A DNA stretch of 64,000 nucleotides from a bacterium. GTDB lineage: Bacteria > UBA9089 > JASEIO01. The notes under the pieces were generated by a model. That model made no database searches and was not told the DNA's origin. It was given only the letters and a program-made list of their open reading frames with translations. Both the position numbers and the translations under genes were made by a program. The stretch spans positions 13,495 through 77,494 of the forward strand of contig JASEIO010000001.1 of NCBI GenBank assembly GCA_030017475.1, in the 5' to 3' direction. Positions 18,066 to 27,171 of this stretch are shown here, in pieces; position 1 is the stretch's first letter, and each line of letters opens with the position of its first letter.

Positions 18066-18818
18066 ATGCCAAGGGATAAGAAGAAAAGGGAGGAGTGTAG
18101 AGGAGCTCCTGAATATATGCTGACCTATGGGGACATGGTGACCTTATTGTTATGTTTCTTTGTTCTTCTCCTTACTATGTCTACCATCCATGCAGAGAAG
18201 GTGAGAATGACCCTCTCTGCATTTCGTGGAGCTATTGGGGTAATGGAAAAGGGACCATCGGTTACTAAAGAAGATCTTATGACTATGGGGATGGATGTTG
18301 GCGGAATGATAAAAGGGATACCTACAATTATGACTGGGAAAGAGCATGAATTGGGAAGAAGAGAAAGGGAAGATATTTCGGATAAGATTCAAGCTGTTTT
18401 AAAGGAGGATGTGCGAAAAGGGGCGATTAAGATTCGGCATGAAGAAAGAGGTATAGTTATTCAGCTGACAGACAAGGTATTGTTTGATGAAGGTAGTGCA
18501 GAGATTCGAGAGGAGGCAAAGCCAGTATTGGATAAGGTAATCGAGTTACTTGAGCGTAGAACTAACAGAATCCAAATTGAAGGGCATACGGATTCGACAC
18601 CAATCAAAACCAATCGATTTCTATCAAATTGGGAATTGTCTACTGCCAGAGCAACCCAGGTTTTACGGTATTTTGAGGATTCGCACCGTATTAAATCCCA
18701 GAGGTTAAGTGCCTCGGGATATGGGGAATATAGACCTCTATTACCAAATACTACAGCCAAAAATAGGGCCCTAAATAGAAGGGTAGACATTGTGATATTG
18801 AGAGAAGAGATAAAATAA
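18066..18818 (+). CDS. motB: flagellar stator protein MotB (OmpA-like PG-binding)
   Basis: 250 aa. N-terminal TM helix with conserved Asp (YGDMVTLLLCFFVLL). C-terminal OmpA-like domain (IEGHTDSTP ... NRRVDIVIL). Confidence 0.85.
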   Translation: MPRDKKKREECRGAPEYMLTYGDMVTLLLCFFVLLLTMSTIHAEKVRMTLSAFRGAIGVMEKGPSVTKEDLMTMGMDVGGMIKGIPTIMTGKEHELGRREREDISDKIQAVLKEDVRKGAIKIRHEERGIVIQLTDKVLFDEGSAEIREEAKPVLDKVIELLERRTNRIQIEGHTDSTPIKTNRFLSNWELSTARATQVLRYFEDSHRIKSQRLSASGYGEYRPLLPNTTAKNRALNRRVDIVILREEIK

Positions 18819-18848
18819 GATATCCTATATTATACCAGGGGCTAGGAA

Positions 18849-19388
18849 ATGCCAAATGGGGAAGAGAAGGAGGAAAAGGAAAAGAAGCCACTTTTAAGAT
18901 TACCTATAATAAGGATCTTACTCGGGGTTATTGGCCTAATTATATTAGTATTTATTATGATTTTTATAGCAAGAATGGTTGGAAAAGCTGGACCTAAACC
19001 AATAGAAGTAGGGCGACCATGGGAAGAATTAGAAGAAAAGAAGGTACCTCCTCCGAAGGCTCTGAAGATTTGGGCATTAACTTCTGGAGAGGAGGCAATT
19101 ATAGCAAACTTAGGAGGGGATGTGGTTGAGACCCATTTAGTAAGGGTCACTCAAATAAATCTTGCTTACGAAGAAAAATATAAGGCTTTGGCTACAGAAC
19201 TTGCTACACCAGGAAGGACTGCTCAAATAAAGGATCTCTTTAATACAGTCCTAAGTACCAAAGCATCTGAGGATTTTATTACAGAAGAGGGGAATCGAGC
19301 AGTTAAGGATGAATTGATAGAAAGGATAAATGCAATATTGTGTGAAGGACAGATTAAAGATATCTATTGGCAACTGGTTGTCCAATAA
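18849..19388 (+). CDS. fliL: flagellar basal body-associated protein FliL
   Basis: 179 aa. Single N-terminal TM helix. FliL-like periplasmic domain (IANLGGD ... FITEEGNRAVKDELIERIN). Upstream of fliM. Confidence 0.7.
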   Translation: MPNGEEKEEKEKKPLLRLPIIRILLGVIGLIILVFIMIFIARMVGKAGPKPIEVGRPWEELEEKKVPPPKALKIWALTSGEEAIIANLGGDVVETHLVRVTQINLAYEEKYKALATELATPGRTAQIKDLFNTVLSTKASEDFITEEGNRAVKDELIERINAILCEGQIKDIYWQLVVQ

Positions 19389-19428
19389 ACCTTTTCTTTT
19401 TTGAAGGAAAAAGGACAGAGGGTAAAAA

Positions 19429-20331
19429 ATGGGAGGGAGTAATATAAAAGAGTATGATTTTACCCGTCCTGATAAACTCTCCAAAGAGCAGATAAGATCC
19501 CTTCAATTGATTTATGAGGGTTTTTCAAGATCCGTTTCAGCCTTTCTTTCCACTCAACTTCGAGGTATAGTGGAAGTCCATGTGATTTCTATTTCTCAAT
19601 CTACTTACGAAGAGTTTACTAATTCGTGCGCCAATCCTACTACCTTAGTGTTGATTGATATGACTCCCCTAAAAGGGGAGGCAGCAATGGAAATCCAACC
19701 ATCCATTGTTTTCACAATCGTTGATAGGTTACTTGGTGGAAAAGGGGAGGCAACCGATTTAAATAGGGAGTTAACTGATATAGAATTGAGTATGATAAAA
19801 TGGGTGGTGAATCATATCCTGGATTCACTAAAGGTGTCCTGGGAAGGGACAGTAGAATTAAAACCACGCTTGATAAGTATTGAATCTAATCCTCAGTTTA
19901 CTCAACTTGTTCCTTTAAACGATATCGTGATATTGATTATATTAGAGATCAAGATTGGAGAGATAGAAGGGAAATTGAGTTTTTGCTTACCATTTGTAAT
20001 TATAGAACCGCTCTCTTTGAAGTTATCTGGAGAAAAACGAGCAAGGAGTGAAAAAGAGGTTTTAGATGGCCCTTCTTCTTTAAAGATTAAACAAAGTTTG
20101 AATACTGTAAAGGTACCTATCATTGCAGAACTTGGTAGAGCAGATGTGGTTTTTTCTGATCTTCTTAATATGCAGGTAGGAGATGTAATAAAGCTTAAAA
20201 GAAAGGTCTCAGATGATTTAATATTAAAAGTAGGGAGAATACCAAAATTCAAATGTCGACCAGGGATTATGGGAACAAATATTGCTGTTCAAATTAATAA
20301 AGTAATAGAAGAGGAAGGAGGTGAGGTTTAG
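19429..20331 (+). CDS. fliM: flagellar motor switch protein FliM
   Basis: 300 aa. N-terminal CheY-P binding region. FliM middle domain and C-terminal FliN-like SpoA domain (LNMQVGDVIKLKRKVSDDLILKVGRIPKF). Confidence 0.9.
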   Translation: MGGSNIKEYDFTRPDKLSKEQIRSLQLIYEGFSRSVSAFLSTQLRGIVEVHVISISQSTYEEFTNSCANPTTLVLIDMTPLKGEAAMEIQPSIVFTIVDRLLGGKGEATDLNRELTDIELSMIKWVVNHILDSLKVSWEGTVELKPRLISIESNPQFTQLVPLNDIVILIILEIKIGEIEGKLSFCLPFVIIEPLSLKLSGEKRARSEKEVLDGPSSLKIKQSLNTVKVPIIAELGRADVVFSDLLNMQVGDVIKLKRKVSDDLILKVGRIPKFKCRPGIMGTNIAVQINKVIEEEGGEV

Positions 20332-21351
20332 ATGGAAGAGGATACCACCCTTTCTCAAGAAGAGATTGATGCATTATTAGTAGAAGGAGGAGAGGTTGAA
20401 AAGGGAGAGCTTCCGATGACAGATATGGAAATTCAATCCCTAACTTCTTTCCTTTCAAAAGTCAGATCTAAGATAGCTTCGTCCATCACTTCTCTTTTAA
20501 AGAGGAGATTTGATATATCCAATCTTACAATCTCCTGCATCTCAACCGGAGAGTTGAAAGAGAGATTAGAGGGTGAATTTGTAGTTGCCAAAATCGAGTA
20601 TACTAAAGGTTTAATCGGAGAGGGTATACTAATCATTTCTAAGGATAATGGGGCTATTATATCTGATATAGTAATGGGTGATGATGGGACTTCTCCTCCT
20701 GAGGAGTTAGATGACTTATACCTTAATGCCTTAGGAGAGGTGATTACTCAAATGGTAAATCAAATGAACATGGCCCTTGACAAAAAGATAGAAGCCCTTT
20801 CACCAGAAGTAAGTATAATAGATTTTACCTCTCCGGATATTGACCTATCTATTTTAAAAGAACCAAATATCTTGTTTTGTACTTATGATCTATCGGTAGA
20901 AGGTTTGATTGAAGATAAACTGTTTCAGTTGTTTCCAGTAGACCTTGCCAAACAGGTATTAGTCTTGCGAAAGGATAAGGCCGCAGCACCACCACATGCC
21001 AAAAGGGTACCAATGCAGGAGGCAGTTTCTGTTCACCCTGTTCAATTCGGTACCTTAAAACCCAGTGAAAAGACTTCACCACCTTCAAATATCGACTTAC
21101 TTATGGATGTACCTATGCAGGTTACAATAGAACTTGGTAGGACTGAGATGTTGATAAAAGATATACTGAAACTTGGAGAAGGTTCAGTTGTTAAACTGGA
21201 TAAGGCAGCAGGTGAGCCAGTTGATTTGTTGGTTAATGGTAAATTGGTGGCTAAAGGTGGAGTGGTAGTAGTTGATGAGAACTTTGGAGTTAGAATTACA
21301 GATATAATCTCTCCAGTTGAGAGACTTGGTTGTGTTAAAAGTAACGAGTAG
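20332..21351 (+). CDS. fliY: flagellar motor switch protein FliY (CheC-like domain fused to FliN domain)
   Basis: 339 aa. N-terminus TLSQEEIDALL aligns with B. subtilis FliY. C-terminal SpoA/FliN domain PMQVTIELGRTEMLIKDILKLGEGSVVKLDKAAGEPVDLLVNGKLVAKGGVVVVDENFGVRITDII. Confidence 0.85.
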   Translation: MEEDTTLSQEEIDALLVEGGEVEKGELPMTDMEIQSLTSFLSKVRSKIASSITSLLKRRFDISNLTISCISTGELKERLEGEFVVAKIEYTKGLIGEGILIISKDNGAIISDIVMGDDGTSPPEELDDLYLNALGEVITQMVNQMNMALDKKIEALSPEVSIIDFTSPDIDLSILKEPNILFCTYDLSVEGLIEDKLFQLFPVDLAKQVLVLRKDKAAAPPHAKRVPMQEAVSVHPVQFGTLKPSEKTSPPSNIDLLMDVPMQVTIELGRTEMLIKDILKLGEGSVVKLDKAAGEPVDLLVNGKLVAKGGVVVVDENFGVRITDIISPVERLGCVKSNE

Positions 21352-21409
21352 ATTGGTTGTCAGTTTTTAGTTTCTTATCTAATAACTGATAACTAAGAGG
21401 GGGTAATTA

Positions 21410-22009
21410 ATGAAGATTTTAGCTTCTATTGTTCTTATTTTCATAGGTAGTTTCGCATTATTGACCTTTTCTGTGTATGGAGAAGAGGTTTTGGTCCAAG
21501 AAGCAGACAGCGCGGATCGAGCACTAAATAACGATCTGATATCAATTGATAATAAGACACCCACCCTTCGTACTAATTATGAGTTTAATTCCATTTCCCT
21601 TATATTCAAAACCATATTTGCTTTAGGGTTAATCACTTCGGTAATCTACCTTATTTTTCGTTTCTTTATGAAAGGACGGGCTTTTTTCCCTTTTACTTCA
21701 TCTTCCTTTATTCAGGTTATGGGTGTAGCTCCATTAGCTCCTAATAAATATATTCAGTTAGTGGAGGTAGCTAATAAGATTTTGATTTTAGGAATAAGCG
21801 GAGAAAATATTAATCTGTTATCCGAGATCAAGGAGAAGGAAGTGATAGATTTGATTAAAACTCATGGATCACGTGAATTAGGGAAAGAAAAGACCTCCTT
21901 TACGCACCATTTGAAGACCTTTTTTAAAGGATTTTCTGGTACAGAAGATTATAATAAAAAGATAGATTTTCTAAAAAAACAGCAGCAGAGATTGAAGGAT
22001 TTAGAATAG
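21410..22009 (+). CDS. fliO: flagellar biosynthesis protein FliO (FliZ of Bacillus nomenclature)
   Basis: 199 aa. Signal/TM segment, second TM helix, and FliO-like region YIQLVEVANKILILGISGENINLLSEIKEKE. Position upstream of the fliP/Q/R region. Confidence 0.6.
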   Translation: MKILASIVLIFIGSFALLTFSVYGEEVLVQEADSADRALNNDLISIDNKTPTLRTNYEFNSISLIFKTIFALGLITSVIYLIFRFFMKGRAFFPFTSSSFIQVMGVAPLAPNKYIQLVEVANKILILGISGENINLLSEIKEKEVIDLIKTHGSRELGKEKTSFTHHLKTFFKGFSGTEDYNKKIDFLKKQQQRLKDLE

Positions 22010-22046
22010 AAATAATCTTTTGGGATCTTTTCTTGGGAAGTGATTA

Positions 22047-23879
22047 GTGGACTTATATAATTCCAATTTGGCCTTATTAAGAAAGGTAGAACCAGGTTTG
22101 TTCTATCGCCTACTTCGGGTTTCGAGGAATACCAGCTCGCATTTAAAACAAAAATTATCTCTTCCTCTACTCCTTAATTTTGATTTGCGGAATGCAGATG
22201 TGGTTGTAGTATTAGGATTTGGAATGGGAAGGCATATCCCTCAGATTGTAGAAAGGATTTCCAGGAGTTGTTTTCTTTTGATAATTGAGAGCGATTTAGG
22301 GATTTTTAAAGAGGCTTTACACCACATAAATCTCATTCCTTTATTTTCAAATTGCCGTGTTTCTCTATCCGTTGGAGAAGATCCCTTCAATGCCACCCGG
22401 GTTAGATTGGATAATTATTATGGAGTGCTGACTATAGCTAAAATAAAGGTTATTGAGTATTCGCCATCTATAGAGGTTTCACCTACCTATTATCAAAAGG
22501 TAAGGGATAATCTAAAGGATGCAGCAGAGATGGCAGTTAGAAATATCGCCACTATGAGTAAATTTTCATCCATTTGGAGAGGGCATGTTTTAAAGAATAT
22601 TACAGCCATTATCAAAAATCCAGGAGCGAATACATTGTGGGGTAAGTTTAAAGATATACCTTCGATTATTGTAGCAGCGGGTCCCTCCTTGGACAAAAAT
22701 GTGCTTGAGTTAAAAAAGGCAAAAAACCGTGCCTTGATAGTTTGCGTGGATACAGCCTTACGTACCCTTTATAATAATGGAATCCGACCAGATTTAGTGG
22801 TGTCCATTGATGCCCAAGATTTTAATCTAAAGGATTTTGAAGGGGTAGAGTTAACCGAGGAGGTGCTTTTGGCGGTTCCAGTGGTTTATCCGCCAATTAT
22901 TGAACGCTTTAATAATAGAGTATTTATAACCAGTTATGGACATCCATTAGTGGATTGGTTAGAGAGATCTATTGGAAAGAAGGGATATACAAAGGTTGGT
23001 GGTAGTGTAGCTACAACCTGTTTTGATTTCTTAATAAGGGCAGGTGCTAACCCCATTATTTTTGTGGGACAAGATTTGGCTTTCACTGAAGGGAAGACCC
23101 ATACTGGGTGCTCATTTGAGGTAGAAGATATCTTCTTAAATTCAATCGATAAATTCTGCACCTTAGAGATGATGTATAGAGAAATGATAAAGGAGAGACA
23201 AGACCTAATCGAAGTTGAGGATATCTATGGTGGAAAGGTAGAGACCTCAAAGCAAATGCTTGGTTGGTTAAAATGGTTGGAATCTCAAGTAAAAGAATCA
23301 GGAAGAGTTTGTATTGATGCTACTGAAGGAGGAGCAAGAATAAAAGGGACCCGCGTCATGAGATTGAAGGATGCTATTAAATACTACTGCAAAAAAGAGG
23401 TTAACATAAAGGGGATTTTATATAATGCCATAGATCTTTATCGGCAACCCAGAACAGAGGCATTAGTGGAGGAAATGAAAAGGTTAATTCAGGAATGTTA
23501 CTCTTTAGAAGAGATTGGGAAGAAAGGCAAAGAGACAGCAAGTAAGTTGATAGATATCCTATTTAGTGAAAAAAGGACAACGGATGTAACCAGTCAGTTA
23601 TTCTCTCAAATGGGTTCTTTTTATCAACAGATTTTTGGAAACCACTATCTTATGGAACTTTTTAGATGGTCGATTGAACCTTTAATTGCTGAGGTAGATA
23701 GGTTAAAGCAGGGTAAATCTCCTATGGTAGTGGCTAAGAGATGTGAGCACTTTTTCCAGGAGATTATGAAAATTATCCGAGAGATAATTTTACAGTTAGA
23801 AGAGGCAAAGGTTCAATTGGAAGATTTGGAATTACAAAAAGGCATGAGAAAACTTCATACATTTTGGCTGGAAGCCTGA
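22047..23879 (+). CDS. motility accessory factor (Maf) family protein, DUF115/MptE-like putative glycosyltransferase
   Basis: 610 aa. N-terminus MDLYNSNLALLRKVEPGLFYRL resembles Campylobacter Maf N-termini. DUF115 core VVVLGFGMGRHIPQIVE and IIVAAGPSLDKNVLELKKAKNRALIVCVDTALRTLYNNGIRPDLVVSIDAQ. Alpha-helical C-terminal half. Confidence 0.7.
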   Translation: MDLYNSNLALLRKVEPGLFYRLLRVSRNTSSHLKQKLSLPLLLNFDLRNADVVVVLGFGMGRHIPQIVERISRSCFLLIIESDLGIFKEALHHINLIPLFSNCRVSLSVGEDPFNATRVRLDNYYGVLTIAKIKVIEYSPSIEVSPTYYQKVRDNLKDAAEMAVRNIATMSKFSSIWRGHVLKNITAIIKNPGANTLWGKFKDIPSIIVAAGPSLDKNVLELKKAKNRALIVCVDTALRTLYNNGIRPDLVVSIDAQDFNLKDFEGVELTEEVLLAVPVVYPPIIERFNNRVFITSYGHPLVDWLERSIGKKGYTKVGGSVATTCFDFLIRAGANPIIFVGQDLAFTEGKTHTGCSFEVEDIFLNSIDKFCTLEMMYREMIKERQDLIEVEDIYGGKVETSKQMLGWLKWLESQVKESGRVCIDATEGGARIKGTRVMRLKDAIKYYCKKEVNIKGILYNAIDLYRQPRTEALVEEMKRLIQECYSLEEIGKKGKETASKLIDILFSEKRTTDVTSQLFSQMGSFYQQIFGNHYLMELFRWSIEPLIAEVDRLKQGKSPMVVAKRCEHFFQEIMKIIREIILQLEEAKVQLEDLELQKGMRKLHTFWLEA

Positions 23880-24673
23880 TTATAGTTACAACAACTAATA
23901 GAGACTGGGAGAGGAGATTGAAGAGATATATTATTATATTTGTACTTATAGCCTCTTTTCTTGTTTTTTCCTTTAAACCCGCCTTTTCACAACACATACC
24001 TATTCCCAAAATAGATATTGGAATTACAGAAGCAAAGGGTCCACGAGAGGTTACCTTAGCATTACAGATCTTATTCTTACTTACCATCTTGACATTAGCC
24101 CCCTCGATTGTTATTATGCTTACATCCTTTATAAGGATTATGGTAGTACTTTCCTTTGTCAGACGTGCCTTAGCTACTCAAGAGATGCCACCTCAGCAGG
24201 TTATAGTGGCCTTGGCCTTATTTCTCACCTTCTTTATTATGGCTCCAACAATCAGCAAAATAAATAAGGAGGCTGTACAGCCTTATTTGCAAGGGAAGTT
24301 TACTCTTGAACAGGCTCTTTCCAAAGCCATTGAACCCATTCGAGAATTTATGTTTCGCTATACAAGGGAGAAGGATATTGCATTATTTATGAAAATGGGT
24401 GATTTGGGAAGACCTGCAAATAGAGAAGATGTCCCTACTTATACCTTGATTCCTGCCTTTATGATCTCTGAACTATCTACTGGATTTCGTATGGGGATTT
24501 TATTGTTTATTCCATTTCTGGTTTTAGATATGGTGGTAGCATCAACCTTAATGTCTATGGGAATGATAATGCTTCCACCAGTTATGGTTTCTTTGCCCTT
24601 CAAGATATTATTATTTGTTTTAGTAGATGGCTGGCATTTAATTACACGTTCATTGGTCTTATCTTATCATTGA
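23864..24673 (+). CDS. fliP: flagellar biosynthetic protein FliP
   Basis: 269 aa. Signal-like N-terminus. Conserved FliP TM core LALQILFLLTILTLAPSIVIMLTSFIRIMVVLSFVRRALATQEMPPQQVIVALALFLTFFIMAP. The ORF overlaps the maf 3' end by 16 nt. Confidence 0.9.
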   Translation: MAGSLIIVTTTNRDWERRLKRYIIIFVLIASFLVFSFKPAFSQHIPIPKIDIGITEAKGPREVTLALQILFLLTILTLAPSIVIMLTSFIRIMVVLSFVRRALATQEMPPQQVIVALALFLTFFIMAPTISKINKEAVQPYLQGKFTLEQALSKAIEPIREFMFRYTREKDIALFMKMGDLGRPANREDVPTYTLIPAFMISELSTGFRMGILLFIPFLVLDMVVASTLMSMGMIMLPPVMVSLPFKILLFVLVDGWHLITRSLVLSYH

Positions 24674-24716
24674 TGATGCAGAATGCGAAAATAAGAGGGG
24701 TGAAATAAAGGAAGGG

Positions 24717-24983
24717 ATGATTACCCAAGGATTTATAATTGCTTTAGCCAGAGAAACCTTGTTAACTGTAATTATGGTATCTGCTCCAATGCTTGGTTTT
24801 GGATTAGTGGTTGGTTTGGCTGTATCGATTTTTCAAACTGTCACCTCTATCCAGGACCAAACCTTAAGCTTTGTACCAAAAATCTTAGCTGTTCTTCTGT
24901 CTATGATTCTTTTTGGCGGATGGATGATTAGAACGCTTATGGATTTTTTTATCAGGCTGTCTAATCTCCTACCCACAATATAA
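24717..24983 (+). CDS. fliQ: flagellar biosynthetic protein FliQ
   Basis: 88 aa, two TM helices. FliQ family; adjacent to fliP and fliR. Confidence 0.9.
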   Translation: MITQGFIIALARETLLTVIMVSAPMLGFGLVVGLAVSIFQTVTSIQDQTLSFVPKILAVLLSMILFGGWMIRTLMDFFIRLSNLLPTI

Positions 24984-25058
24984 TTATAAGCTATAAGCTG
25001 TAAGGATTAAGCAGTAAGCTTTTCCTTATTTTAGTCCTAATCCTTTTTTGATTCAGTT

Positions 25059-25847
25059 ATGGATTATGAGTTATTGATCAATCAATTTCAGTTGTTTTTT
25101 CTTATATTTTCGCGCATTGCAGGGATGTTTGCTTTTGCACCATTTTTTGAAAGTCCCACAATTCCAATGATGGCTAAGGCAGGGTTATCTCTTTTTGTAA
25201 CTGTAGTGTTATTTCCTATGGCAAGTAGCCATTTTGAGATTAGCATACCTCATCAATTTTTCCCATACAGCTTGTTAGTTATCCAGGAAGTAATTATTGG
25301 TCTTATTATCGGGGTTTTATGCACCATTATGTTAACTGCATTTTCATTATCAGGGGAGCTTTACTCATTTCAAATGGGATTGGGAATCATAAATGTGTTT
25401 GATCCATTGTCCGAAAGAGAGGTGCCAATAATTGGTCAATTTGTGGGTCTCATAGCCCTTCTAATATTCATAACCTGGGGTGGACATCATATGTTATTAG
25501 AGGCAATCTACAAAAGTTTTAAGGTCCTACCCATTCTTCCATTAAAGGCTGTAAATTCCTTAGCCTCTTCAGTTGTAGATATATTTTCCAAGATGTTTCT
25601 TGTTGCCTTTATGATTGGCTCACCTATTATTGGGGTTCTATTTATAATTACTATGGTTATGGGTATATTAGCAAAAGCAACACCACAGATGAATGTGATG
25701 ATGGTCGGTTGGCCAATACAGATAGTAGTGGGGATAATTACCTTGATTCTCCTTTTACCTTTATTATACGATGCTACGATTTCGATCTTTAACTCCCTTT
25801 TTAACAATATAGACACAATCATACGGAATATAGGAGGCATTAAATAA
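25059..25847 (+). CDS. fliR: flagellar biosynthetic protein FliR
   Basis: 262 aa polytopic membrane protein with FliR family architecture, downstream of fliQ. Confidence 0.85.
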   Translation: MDYELLINQFQLFFLIFSRIAGMFAFAPFFESPTIPMMAKAGLSLFVTVVLFPMASSHFEISIPHQFFPYSLLVIQEVIIGLIIGVLCTIMLTAFSLSGELYSFQMGLGIINVFDPLSEREVPIIGQFVGLIALLIFITWGGHHMLLEAIYKSFKVLPILPLKAVNSLASSVVDIFSKMFLVAFMIGSPIIGVLFIITMVMGILAKATPQMNVMMVGWPIQIVVGIITLILLLPLLYDATISIFNSLFNNIDTIIRNIGGIK

Positions 25848-25971
25848 ACGTCTACATCCTGGAAATTCTACAACTTATATAATGGATAGAACGCTAGCAG
25901 AAACCTAAAATATTCCAGGATTCCACCATTCCAATTGTTGGTGGAGCGAACTAGGTTCGATAGGTGTAAGA

Positions 25972-27111
25972 ATGGAGGAGGTTTTTAACTCTCAACTGTC
26001 AACTGTGGACTGTGAATTAAAGATAGACCTACAGCTTTTTGCTGCTGAGGATGAGGGTAGAACAGAGGATCCGACTAGTAGAAAGATTTCGAAGGCAAGG
26101 CAAAAGGGTCAGGTAGCAAAATCAGCTGAAATTTCACAAATCTCAACGACCCTTGTCTGCCTTTTCCTTCTTTCCTTACTTGGCTCTTATTATCTCACTG
26201 AATTATATAGATTTATTTATACTACCATATCAAATATCCATGCCATAGATTTCACACCTGGGAATATCTCGATGATTATGGTAAATACAATCCTACTTTT
26301 TCTGAAGATAACCTTGCCAATAATGGTGACTGCGGTGGTTGTAGCTATAGTCACCAATATGATTCAGGTAGGGTTTATGTTTACCATGGAGCCACTAAAA
26401 CCTGATCTTTCAAAGCTTAAGCCAAGTATGTCAAAGATTTTCAATAGATTATTGATATCCAAAAAGACCCTATTTGAGTTTGCCAAATCTATTGCCAAAC
26501 TTGCAATTATTGTCTATATTGCCTACAGATTTATTAAGGCAAGATACTTGGATCTACTTTTATTGATAGAGATGCATCCGTTATCTTCTTTCTTCCTTGT
26601 AGCAAAGATTGCCTATCAATTAGCTATGGTCATCCTTCTTCTTTTAATCATTATAGCAATTTGTGATTATTTTTATCAAAAACGTGAATGGAAAGAAAGT
26701 TTAAAGATGACCAAACAAGAGGTAAAAGACGAATATAAGATGTTGGAAGGGGATCCATTGATTAAGAGTAGGATAAGAGAAAGACAAAGGGAGGCAGCAA
26801 GGCGTCGGATGATGCAGGAGATTCCAAAGGCAGATGTAGTGATTACCAATCCTACTCATATTGCTGTAGCCATTAGATACGTAGCTGAATATATGGCTGC
26901 ACCAGTTGTAGTAGCAAAAGGAGAGGGTTTTGTAGCTCGGAGGATTGTGGAGATTGCAGAAAAGGCAGGTATACCAGTTGTGGAAAATAAACCTTTGGCT
27001 GAGGCACTCTATCGCTCTACAGAGGTGGGAGAAGAGATTCCTGAAGAGCTTTATCGGGCTGTGGCTGAGGTACTATCGTATGTTTACAGAATGAGAGAAA
27101 GAGCCGTGTAA
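25972..27111 (+). CDS. flhB: flagellar biosynthetic protein FlhB
   Basis: 379 aa. LQLFAAEDEGRTEDPTSRKISKARQKGQVAKS N-terminus. Four TM helices. Conserved autocleavage region NPTHIA (NPTH motif). Confidence 0.9.
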   Translation: MEEVFNSQLSTVDCELKIDLQLFAAEDEGRTEDPTSRKISKARQKGQVAKSAEISQISTTLVCLFLLSLLGSYYLTELYRFIYTTISNIHAIDFTPGNISMIMVNTILLFLKITLPIMVTAVVVAIVTNMIQVGFMFTMEPLKPDLSKLKPSMSKIFNRLLISKKTLFEFAKSIAKLAIIVYIAYRFIKARYLDLLLLIEMHPLSSFFLVAKIAYQLAMVILLLLIIIAICDYFYQKREWKESLKMTKQEVKDEYKMLEGDPLIKSRIRERQREAARRRMMQEIPKADVVITNPTHIAVAIRYVAEYMAAPVVVAKGEGFVARRIVEIAEKAGIPVVENKPLAEALYRSTEVGEEIPEELYRAVAEVLSYVYRMRERAV

Positions 27112-27171
27112 AAGATGTTCAAGGAACAAGGATCGAGGTTTTTTGCCTTGCTCCTTTAGTTTAAGGTGGAT

